Shown here piece by piece: positions 9,719 through 20,000 of a DNA stretch of 20,000 bases (its first letter is position 1; every line of letters begins with the position of its first letter). Under the pieces are notes generated by a model, which was given only the letters and a program-made list of their open reading frames with translations, did no database searches and was not told the origin of the DNA. The position numbers and the translations under genes were made by a program. This stretch comes from Asterionella formosa (lineage: Eukaryota), in NCBI GenBank assembly GCA_002256025.1, contig NKIB01012745.1, positions 51,572 to 71,571 on the forward strand. The letters are read 5' to 3'.

Positions 9719-10604
9719 ATGCCTCCCTCTGCTGCTTCCCAATTATTTAGCGTTGTCGGAAAGAATGTATTGGTTACTGGGGGATCACGAGGAATCGGTT
9801 TGATGATAGCAAAAGGTTTTGTGTCTGGAGGCGCCAACGTGCTCTTGACATCACGAGACGAAAAAGCTTGTGCAGAAGCAGCTCAATCAATTCAATGTCA
9901 ACATGTTGCTTCCAATGTATCAACACGAGAAGGTTGCAAAGCTTTGGCGGATCATGTTTCAAAAGTCTTTGATGGAAAACTACATGTCCTTATCAACAAC
10001 GCTGGTACGTCCTGGGGTGAGCCTCTTGAGCGCGAGTCTGGACGAGTCAACTGGGGGTGGGACAAAGTTTTGGATCTCAACGTCAAGGGTGTCTTTTATT
10101 TAACACGTGAATGCATACCCATGTTGGAAAAATCTGGCTCCTTACAAGATCCAAGCCGCGTTATAGTAAGTAGTGTTGTGCATTTTGGGACGTAGTTGGG
10201 CTTGGTCAGCTAAACAACTTCCTCGTTCTCCAAAACAGAACATTGGATCTGTTACGGGTATTGTCCCCCAAGATGCTCCGACCCATGCATATGATATTTC
10301 TAAAGCCGCTGTTCATCAACTTACCAAGAAGCTGTCGTCGGATTTAGCCAAGAAGAACATCACAGTGAACGCTGTAGCACCAGGCTTTGTTCCATCACGA
10401 ATGAGTGATGGACTTGCAACTTGGGGTGCAACCAGCGAACAAATTGCGTCCAAGATCCCCCTGGGTCGTATGGGAAGCGATGATGACATGGCCGGTGCTT
10501 GTATCTATTTCGCGAGTCGAGCCGGTTCATGGTGTACGGGTGTAATTCTCAACGTCGATGGTGGTACAATTGGTGCCATGCAAATACCACTTTCCAGTTT
10601 GTAA
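9719..10604 (+). CDS. Classical short-chain dehydrogenase/reductase, RhlG-like subfamily (270 aa), possible PTS1 (-SSL); exons 9719-10165 and 10239-10604
   Basis: Motifs TGGSRGIG, INNAG, NIGS, YDISK (YxxxK), VNAVAPG and VDGG. Subfamily-like segments QLFSVVGKNVLVTGG, NNAGTSWGEPLE and GWDKVLDLNVK. GTAAGT donor at 10166 and ACAG acceptor ending at 10238 (73 nt, phase 0) restore RVI-NIGS. Confidence 0.95.
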
Positions 10605-11675
10605 ATTTGTTTACTAGATACGTTGGGATTAAAGGTCCAAAATGGCTCGAAATTCGCTCAGTCTTCATACAAATAGATCACTAATTCATTTTTATTCATA
10701 CAACTAACAAGTCTGAGCTGCGGGATCCGATTTCAGTAATGTTGTTGTACAGCTAGTAATTGAAGTTTTGATTGGGAATCGCCCTCTACGCGAGACACGA
10801 TCATGTATCTCGAATTACAAGAAAACGGTAGGAAGAAGATAAATGAATATTCACAATGACATTGGCCGATTCAAGTTCCTTGCGATCACCTTCCTACACG
10901 GAATTTCTTTAGAGCTCAATGTATCAATTGTTTAAGAAGACACAGGCAAGTTGGTAACATACCAAAACCATGAACTTTTTTGGATGACTTTAAGCCCATC
11001 TACGACTGCTCAAATGATAGTCGAAATAGAATCTTTTAGATTGATCAACTATTTCACAAATTTCAATACTATCTATGACATTTCATTTGCGACTTTCCAC
11101 CGCAATCGGTTTCCGGCTAAACTTCAGTGTAGAAAACCCAGGAGGAGCGGTAGCTGTCGTCGCAGTTATGTTATACATCTTGGCTTGTTTTCTCAGCTGC
11201 ATTTAGTATACGAGGAAGAAAGTCCCGCGGTTCACCCAGGATTGGAACATAATCTTCATGGAGGCCCTGTGTCCTAAGCCCGGGCCAAGAATCGATGCAA
11301 ATTCTTTTCTTGAGGAGAGAATCTCATAGGCATCAAGTTAATGACAGATAACCGAGCAAAAGGGGCGTGGTTCTGCTTTCTAGCTATGTAGGGAATGAAT
11401 ATTTGAATTCTAGCTTCCTACTAAAAGTTCCTTGATACTATGGTGTCGAATAGCACATTTCAAAAAGCACATGATCGATCATCCCTCTCCCTTCAGGTTC
11501 ACTGTTGTAGCAATCTTCATATTAGATTTTCTACTTATTGGATATAAACAATCGCAAGAGAACATATCAACTCGTAATCGATCACTCCGTCTGAGGTTAA
11601 TTCTCGTCGTCACCCGATGATTCCATGCTACCTTTTTTTGAATGATTATAATGTGAATCAATTCACTAAATGAAA

Positions 11676-13627
11676 TCATTGGTTCCCCATAGCGACTTTT
11701 TGGTCTTTTTCGGTTGTTGCAGCAAAAAGAGGCCTGGAAGATTCACATCCATCACCTGATTCGTTTTCGACGAAACTGTCACTCGACAAACCCTTGTCGT
11801 CCAATTCAGAGTCAAGCAAGGGAGAATGAGCCCATGGCGAGAAAAATTCAGCAAACATTTGATCGTCTCCGACAATGATCATTGATGCGAGACGAGCAAC
11901 AACCAATTTCAGTCCATGAACGAACCAATCACGGTCTTCCGGTGTGGCTGCTTCGAAGACATAGCGAGCATTCGAGTTCGTCAGAATAGAAAAACTGCTA
12001 TGAACTTTAGCAAATGGATAAACTTCTCTGTCAAGAGTTTCCGGGGTCAAAACACGAACCACGGATAGGAGGTCGATTGAATCGGGGGTTCGACAAGACA
12101 TACCCAATTTACGATGGTTGAGATGTGGCTGATACGTTTCACGCCACATGAACTTGGGATGAACTACAGTAGATTGCAATCTCGATCCCATCTCAAACCA
12201 ACCCTGGACAGAAACAGGAGATTTCGACGTGACAGAACTCTGATCGGTTCCACCACCTTGAACATCGTCCGCATTTGAAGGGTGCCAAATAAGTGTGACA
12301 GTTCCCAAAGTAAGTTCCTGTAAAATGAAAAGTGAAGTGATTGAGATGCGATAGCTCCTCGACTTGTATTCACTACATGAACTTGACTTACCTTCAAGAA
12401 CTCTTCCACCGCCACATCATCTCGAAAGTCAAATTGCTCAAAGTCACGATTCTTCTCCATGTCTTCGCTCGTCGAATATGAGATACCGTTGAAGCAAGGA
12501 GCGCCCTGTCCTTGAGCATTCCTTGGCGCATTCGGAATCGGGCCAACTCCAGCACTTCCATATGAAGCCGTCGTGTCGATACATGCAGGAAAGTCATCAA
12601 ACGCAGGATACGCAGCTGTCATTCTCGAGTGACGAAAAACTTCTGGGTCGCTGTCATAGTAGAGTTCGTCAATTAATGAATTTTCACTCGTGGACTCAGC
12701 CGAAAGCTTGGAATCATCCATAGATTTTGTAATTTCCGATGTCCACAAATTTGCATGTAAAGTCTTCGAACCATGGTTTGGACACAGGTCTGCTGCTCGT
12801 CGGAGAGTTTCGTCGGCTTCTCCTTGTGCTTGACTATGCCATTGATACCATAGTCGCTGCATTCGACCCTTCTGTGCCGTGCGGTGACTGCATCGGTTTC
12901 GAGCAACCCGCTTGTGGGTGCTTGTCGCAATTGGAGCACAACATCTAGACGACGCTGACCAAATTCCTATCGTTGACATCCAATCTGCTGTTGTAGGCGA
13001 TTTAGATCCCAATAATTGACAGACATCTGAAGCCACCCGGGAACGCATATCCTGAAAGTTCAAATCCGAACAACTGCTTGTTGTATCTTTTCGAAAGGCA
13101 GCGGGAAATGATTGCGATTGAATATCAGCATGTTTGCTCCTCTTTGACCTACAAAGAGGCGTCAACCCACAGTCTCCCGAGCTGAATAGCTTTTGCACAC
13201 TCTCCTCCGAATCGCTCCCGTTTCGTGAATCTGATGATTGTATTGTACTATGTCCTTGCGTTTGATGCTTGAAAGAATCGGGATTGTCGAGGGATCCAGT
13301 CGAGTTGACGCACAAATAGTTGGACATGCCCTCTGTCAAGCCAACAACAAGCGAATTGAACATTTTTTCAGTTCTGCTGTCATCCGAACTCGCCACAATA
13401 GCATTACCTTTGCGAGGAGTGGACGACTTGCTGGAGAATGACGAGTGTGTTGCGTCATCGTCTGATGTAATTATTTCAAGCTCTGGTTCTCGCTCTTGAA
13501 CCTCATCTTCTTCGTCTTCTTGATCGTCCAAGATACTTGACGCTCGCGACGATGTAATAAATCGCCGTAAGTGAGTTTCTTCCGCTTGAGACGTGAGACG
13601 AATCTCTACTCCTTCTTGAAGGTCCAT
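11676..13627 (-). CDS. Hypothetical 625-aa protein with a low-complexity Ser/Asp/Glu-rich N-terminus and a C-terminal PH-like domain; exons 13627-12392 and 12317-11676
   Basis: GTAAGT donor at 12391 and polypyrimidine+CAG acceptor ending at 12318 (74 nt, phase 0) join the 487-aa and 210-aa ORFs (EEFLK-ELTLG). The C-terminal segment SIDLLSVVRV...SFSILT...YVFEAATPEDRDWFVHGLKLVVA has the strand-strand-helix pattern of PH domains. Confidence 0.8.
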
Positions 13628-14624
13628 GCCTTCAGAAGTAATCGCCCGTAAAACTCAGAAAAGGAGAAGTGTGTAGTGTAGTGCGAAGCTGTTTCATGTA
13701 CAGTGATGCCGTGTATTTTAAGTGTTGCTGGAGGTGGCGAAAATGAAGTTGGGGTGCATTCTTTAACACCGAAAAAGGAGAAAAACATCGGCGACGAATA
13801 ACAAGGTGAGCAAGACCGATCATTTTTGGCGATCCATCATTCATGCGGCTTTGACAATTACACATCATATATTCCGGTACATAACTGTTTATCACCATGC
13901 TTTTCCCCGCGACTCCGTGCATTGATATACTCATACATTCATCATGCAGAATGTTCTTACTTAAATGCACGACATTTGAAATAGATATGTACGACCAGAT
14001 AAACCTTGTACCAAAGGAGGAACTGCTAGTTCTTTAGTAAATACGCCTGCACTGTAATCTGTCAATCTGTCATCCATGAATTGCATACTGGTACCTGGTA
14101 CCTGCATGACAGTAGCATTGGTTATAGTACCGGTAGAGACACTTTTATGTAAAAACCCACAGGGACAGTGATGTGGACACTTTGCTTAAATGACAGCAAC
14201 ACGCGACGACTTGAAGGCCCAGCTCGCAACGAGACGAAGAACACCAGCCGTGTTTGGTGACAAGCAAATACTGTATCATTTCAGAGAATGGCCCAGGATT
14301 TGATTTCCATTCATTATTTTAGCTTTAATCTGATTTAGCCTGAAATATTGAGACCAATCTGTTTTAGGTATTCTGCCATTTGTTTCCATTCGTTTTAGTA
14401 CGTTGGATAGCTAAAGACTCAATTATGCTTCATTTGTGACGTCATCATTTCAACCAAACTGCCGTCACAACCATGGAGTACCTGGTACCTACGGGTATGT
14501 ACATGCTACCTGGTATCTGCTACGATGTGAGCAATGCTGTTGCTAATGATACCATGTGCTTACCTGGTACCTCGTACGTACTACAAAACTACAGCCTATT
14601 TCTATCTTCCGGTGTGTACAACGA

Positions 14625-15003
14625 TGTTAAAAGGTCTCGTCCTCCTTCCCTTCTAACGGGTTCCTCTTACGTAGAACTTACCTGCTATACCACTAGTATT
14701 GTTATCTTCTTTCTGCTGCTAGCCTTCGTGCTAGTTTTCGCTATTGACCTTACTCTGTCTATTCTCACTGTTTCTTAATTATAAGATTAAACTAAAACTA
14801 AGTTTCAATCCCATTCATCACACTTCGAGAACCTGTTCTTCGCAAACCCTTTTCGTTGATGTAAACCTTCTTCTGATTGATCTAAGACATCAATCTTGTT
14901 AGCAAGCTTCTTGACATGGGAACGCACCATTTGACTCATTGGACTATGGTTGAGTCCACATTCCTTGTGACTCATTATAGCCATTGATGCTATATTCTTG
15001 ACA
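14625..15003 (-). repeat. Putative 3' LTR (379 bp) of the copia element
   Basis: On the minus strand it starts TGTCAAG directly after the purine tract GAGGAGGA and ends TTTTAACA, giving imperfect TGTYAA...TTRACA termini. It has an internal TATAA. There is no second LTR copy to confirm the boundaries. Confidence 0.65.
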
Positions 15004-15011
15004 TCCTCCTC
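15004..15011 (-). other. Polypurine tract (GAGGAGGA) abutting the 3' LTR
   Basis: Minus strand reads AATGAGGAGGA|TGTCAAG just downstream of the RNase H motifs. Confidence 0.6.
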
Positions 15012-18000
15012 ATTACCATGTTCAAGAAGTTCTATAATTGTACCACTCAGTACAGGTCCAGATAACCTTGTAAAAATCTGCTCTTTGACATTCTTCGTCA
15101 AAATTTCTGCTGGATTGTTTTCTGATCTTAGAAAAACAATACTATATGCAACTCATCCTCATCTATCATGTTCTTGACATGATGAAACTTAATATCAATG
15201 TGTTTTGTTCTTGTTCTGAGTTGTTGATTCTTCGCTGTGAATATTGCACCTGTATTATCCTCACGTAAAATGCTTGGTAGGATATTTTTACCACCTGTCA
15301 CTTTGTTCAGTAACATTGCAATAAATTTGATCTCTTGAGCACATTGCGACATCGCAACGTACTCTCCTTCTGTGCTTGACAGCGTAACAGATGACTGGCC
15401 CTTTGATTGCCAACTGATCAACGCACCACCAATGGTAACCAGAAAACCCGTAGTACTTTTCCGGCTTACCATATTAGTGGCCCAGTCACTATCAACATAA
15501 GCAATAACCCGTAATTCCTTAGGTTTTCGAATCTTGAGAACTCTGTCCAATTTGCTTGATAAGAATCCAAAAACTCGTGAAATTCCATCACAGTGTTCTT
15601 CGCCTGGACAGCTTAAATACGAAGATAATTCACGTACTGCATTGGCACAGTCCAGGGAATCTTTCTTAGTAGACCATAATAATTTCCCAACAATCTTGCG
15701 ATATTCCGCCTCCATAAAAAGTTCTCCAAAATTGGCTCCTAATGTTTTTCCTGGTGCTCCTGGTGTCACATAAGACTTAATCTTCTTACCAGTAAGCATC
15801 TCATATTCCAGTAGCATTTCAGTACGAAATTTCTTCAGCTGTACTTGCCAATATTCTCCAAATTTGTCATGCTTGCGCATATATTCCACACCTAAGTGTT
15901 TTCGTAGGGGACCTTGTTCTGTGATATTAAAATCTTCCTTGATCATATTTTTCTGTAGTCGACTGCATTCCTGGTACCACATATAATTCCATCATCCACA
16001 TAGTTTGCCAACAGCCCTTCAATTTGTCCATAGTTGTTACGGTAGATAAACAACATTGGGTCTATTTCGCTTTTCGTTATACCTGTCTTGCTGGTGACGC
16101 ATTTTGCAAATGTCTTGGACCAGCATCTTGGAGCTTGTACAATTACATACATAGCATTAATTAATTTGCAGATATATATATTCTGATCAATCCCTGTCAA
16201 TCCTTCTGGGGGCTAAATATAAATGTCTTCGTCGACATCAGCATTTAAAAACGCTGCTTCAATGTCGATTGCTTCCGCTATCCAACCGTAGTACAAAGTA
16301 ACAGCCAGTACAGAATTAATTGTAGCATCACTTGCAACAGGAGCGAATGTCTCAGTAAAATCAACTCCTGGGATCTGTTCATATCTCTTCACAACCAACC
16401 GTGCCTTGTATACTTTCTTGCCGGTTATAACGTCCTCCTTAATTTGGAAGACCCACCTTGTCTTAAGAGCTTGCTTGTTCACGTCATTTCTCTTAACTAT
16501 TTTCCACACTCCTCTTGCTTGGAAGTTTTCAAATTCTTTCTTTATAGCTTTCATGCACTCTTTGCGATCAGGTCTTGCCATTGCCTCATCATTACAATTC
16601 GGTAAACCTGGGTCTGATGCAAGACTTGCATTGAACACGAAATTTACTTCAGTTTCCTTATTCGAAGAAACTTCCTCCTCAATCACATTTGGTAGTGAGG
16701 TGTCTGGAGTGAACTTAACACTTGTAGTTGGATTATACAATGAGTCCAACTTCTTCATTTCTAGTTCCAACTTTGCCTGTTTAGATAGGAGCGTAGTTGG
16801 GTATTTAGGCTTTGCTTGTTGCTTCAAAACATTTCTCTCCTCTAGGTCAGAAATTTCATCACTCCTTGAGGTAGATTTTCTTTTTCCAGTGTCTGTAGTT
16901 GATTTATCCTTGTCGTTGTCATCTTCCTCATTGTCTGAAACTTCTGGTAGTAAATCTTCATTGTAGAAATCATCATCTAATCCATCATTATTGACGTCAG
17001 CTTCTGGTTGAACTGTTACTTTCTCTTTAGCATTGTCCTTGTAGATTTTTCCTAGTCCGTTCGTAGGTGCATTTTTTTTCATGCCACTCACTCCACTTTC
17101 TCAATTGTTAAGTATTCTCGCCTGCGTCATCGCAACGGACATACTTTGTCTTGTGACTGGCTCCGGCTAAACTTGATAGTAAAACTTCAATGACTGTTCT
17201 GATATCGCTCTTCTTTTTAATGAAATAGCTCCAGCGCTTTCTCGTGTAGTCGTCCACTGCCATGACCCAGTACTGATTACCTACAGCGGATTTCGCGTAG
17301 GGTCCGCTGATGTCCACAAACAGTCTCTCTCCAGGTACCATCGATTTTTCTTGCGTTGTTTTTGGGACGGCTCGTGCTTTCGCTTTCGCTGCCGCACAGC
17401 CTGCGCACACTGTCATGATCCCGCTCAACTTCCATCCAAATAATTTCGCCGTATTGTGCAAAAATTTCTCACCCACATGACCAAGCATCGCATGCGCTTC
17501 ATTAATATCGACAATCACATAATTATTATCAAACTCACCATTTTGATTATTCCATTTGTTCTTTCCCTTGTTCGTTTTCTTTGCTTCAACTTTCGTTCAA
17601 TCGTTTTCGTTGTAGTCATCGATCGATTGTTGTGTAGTGTTCTCTTGTAGTTGCTCGACTTCCATCACCGTTTGCTTGATGATCGGATTACCTTCGACAT
17701 GATACATTGCTCCGAGTTTTCGAGTTTTTTCTCTTTTGCGGGACAGAAAACCGCTCTTGTTTTGTATTGTCATCCTATCGTCCTCGAAGATCACTTGATT
17801 ACCCTTGTCGATCATTCTAGAGACACTGATGATGTTCTGCTTGAACTCCGGTGCATAAAGCACATCGGTGAGATGTGAGCGTTTCCCTTCGTCCATAGTC
17901 GTCAGGGTCATGGTATCAGAGACAGTTGATACTATCTCAGTTCTATTCCCTACCACTACCGTTTCACTCACTTGTTTCTTGTCTTCCATCATGCGCACGT

Positions 18001-18127
18001 CCGTGCAGATGTGAATGGTAGTACCACTGTCTAACAACCAGCGATTTCTGACGTCACAAACAAGGTTGACTTCCTCATTGTAACTAATTTTGACGCACAT
18101 GGCGACAAACATTCCTTGCTGGGTAGA
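15004..18127 (-). pseudogene. Disrupted copia pol (PR-IN-RT-RH)
   Basis: Split across at least six ORFs (17597-18139, 17108-17518, 16213-17091, 15943-16200, 15128-15982, 14805-15101) by frameshifts and stops. Confidence 0.9.
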
Positions 18128-20000
18128 TGTCGTCTGCAAATAAAACCATCATATTTCCATGATGCATCATGGGATTATGATCATCTGATCATAATTTTTC
18201 GTTATAGCTATCATCTAATAATTTTGATAAATGCCCTCGTAATTTAAATAGTAACCCTTTTGACTATGGAAATTTAATTATTAAATGTATTGTTTCATTG
18301 AGGTTCCTTTATTTAAATTTCTTGGTAGTAGGATAATGTACCAGTTAGAGTAATGTAGTTTGGCTAATCATCCTTGCCAGTCCTCACTCTAATTCTTGCA
18401 ACAATGACAAACCAGCCTTGTCGAGAGGAACGAGTGTTTGTGATAAAATCTTCATTTGTCGTTCAAGTCATCATATGTCTTCGATGAATCATCATCTACA
18501 TTGCACAGTATGTTCGTACTATGCAATCCGTTAAGAGCTTGAAAAGAAATCCAATGAAAACGAAATGGCTCATCACACAAACAAATATTTCCGGCCGGTC
18601 TGTCACCAGAGCATCAATCAGTGTTCCAACCTCAATCATAGCTAAACAATATCCATTATAGAACAGCACAATCTACTTCTCCCTAACATCGTCTCTCTAA
18701 CAAAAACTTAAAACATCTAAAATTGAAACACAGCATAGTAGGCGATATGCACAAAGAAGCATGAGACTGTCTATTTATAGTAACACTGTGATTCTGGTTT
18801 TGTAATATTCATGTCTCATTAGATTTTCTTTGTCATCATGCTAGCTCCTTACCTTTGAAGACAGGAGCGTATTCTTTGATGTATCTGGAATATTTCAATG
18901 GATGGCAGCAGTTGGATTTAGACACAAACCTCGACAAAAGCACTCCTAGTACCTTGTAGATGTCCATGAAAAGCGAGACACTTTGGCCTATCGACCACCA
19001 GTCAGTCTATACTGCAAAAGCAAGTTGAATGCCTATTTATAGATTCAAGTTTCAGTAGTGCAACAATGTAAAATATTAGAAACCGGAAGTCACATTTCAT
19101 CTAATTACGGTTTTCTTGAATCAGCCATTGACTTGTAGCTAAAAGAATTGACACAAAACAAATTGAAAAAACTCAACAGGTCGTGGAAAACTATGAACTC
19201 ATCATACATTGTATATATTTGAATTATGAATAATCAAAATTGATATTAGTATACACAGGATGTGCTGTCGTCTGTAAATAAAAAGTATCATGCATATAGG
19301 ATCAAGGATATCGTACGGTAATGGGCACAGGATTTTCGTATATATGATAATTTCTGGATCAAAAATATGATCAAGGTATCTTGTATCTATGATGATTTAT
19401 TAATAAGTTACCGACCTTGAAGTATAATGATAACAAGAGCATTATCATCAGACAATGTATATAAGCTGATCAACAACATTTCCATCAATATCCTAAACCT
19501 TGTCATATTTTTTTCACTTCTCGTGATCACCAAATGTAAATTATAACTACAACGCATCCTAAAATCAGCTCAATTCTATGCTATCATGTGAATTGTTTCA
19601 TCGTATATCTATCTTAAACGTGATCATAATTCTAATCACAAGCATTGTTCAAAATAGATTGAAATGGATCGTAATTTAACTACCAAATTAAGCAATGCTA
19701 TCTATTAATCTACATTCCAGAGACCCAACGTTTCCCTCTCTACTCTGTTCGATGTATATTGTTCCTGTCTCACCCTTTTCTTCCTCTTTTCTGAATCTTG
19801 TGCCAAGCAATGCCTTACTAATGTTGTGTCTCTCTCCCTGCTGTTAGTGTCATTGTGAACTCGCCGGCTATTCCGTTTGATCGGTTTTATTTTCCTATGC
19901 ATGCAGTTACAGTAACAATGAGAAGGAATGATTTGTTAGCTAGTCATGTTACATTGACACAAGAACACGCAATTCCATCGTATCCTCTTGCTTCACTTAC

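Larger units (their letters stand above)
14625..18127 (-). mobile_element. Ty1/copia LTR retrotransposon, degenerate and 5'-truncated (no gag or 5' LTR in the window)
   Basis: Copia domain order on the minus strand: protease WLLDSGTTIHIC; pre-integrase/zinc region AHAMLGH...CAGC; integrase LFVDISGP, VDDYTR, RCDDAGEN; RT KARLVVKRYEQIPGVDFTETFAPV, DIEAAFLNA, YVDD; RNase H YVDSDWA, EGEYVA, REDNTGAI, TKHIDIKFH, NPAEILTKN. These are followed by a PPT and an LTR. Confidence 0.95.

Noticed and set aside
11207..11375. GAAAGTCCC ... AAAAGGGGC resembling RNase MRP/P conserved regions CR-I and CR-V
   Set aside because: The CR-V match is poor and I could not find a convincing P1/P2 pairing. An Infernal search with the RNase MRP/P models would be needed.
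786..14569. CRISPR-like or restriction-site (KpnI/AgeI/SexAI) interpretation of the recurring GGTACC motifs, or a cloning artefact
   Set aside because: The context is eukaryotic, there is no regular repeat-spacer period, and the units are degenerate and TA-chained, which fits transposon scars better.
14473..14778. 101-aa ORF with a hydrophobic C-terminus
   Set aside because: It is composed of footprint-like units plus the antisense strand of the LTR; no evidence of a real gene.
15534..17878. Plus-strand ORFs (15534-15773, 16406-16966, 17456-17650, 17651-17878) and similar antisense ORFs over ATG5, the SDR, the transposase and the PH-like gene
   Set aside because: They are shadow ORFs opposite better-supported coding frames.

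Overview
Eukaryotic nuclear DNA with short (about 73-92 nt) GT-AG introns. The gene families and transposon types suggest a diatom or other stramenopile, but this is an inference. There are four apparently intact spliced genes: a small UMA+UBA-like protein (1010-1458, +), ATG5 (2885-3882, +), an RhlG-like classical SDR ending in -SSL (9719-10604, +) and a 625-aa protein with a C-terminal PH-like domain (13627-11676, -). Between them lie decayed sequences: a STELLO/DUF288-like pseudogene (1-530), an internally deleted pogo/Tc5-type DNA transposon with TIRs and TA flanks (6279-8764), a second copy of one of its ends in inverted orientation (5936-6221), and a 5'-truncated Ty1/copia retrotransposon with its 3' LTR (14625-18127). 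The most striking unexplained signal is a set of stacked TA-CC(A/T)GG-TA / TA-CCGG-TA units throughout the intergenic DNA. They match the termini of the resident transposon (CCA...TGG) and appear as insertions at TA sites when the two copies of the transposon end are aligned, so they look like accumulated excision footprints. All family assignments come from recognising motifs by eye; no searches were run.
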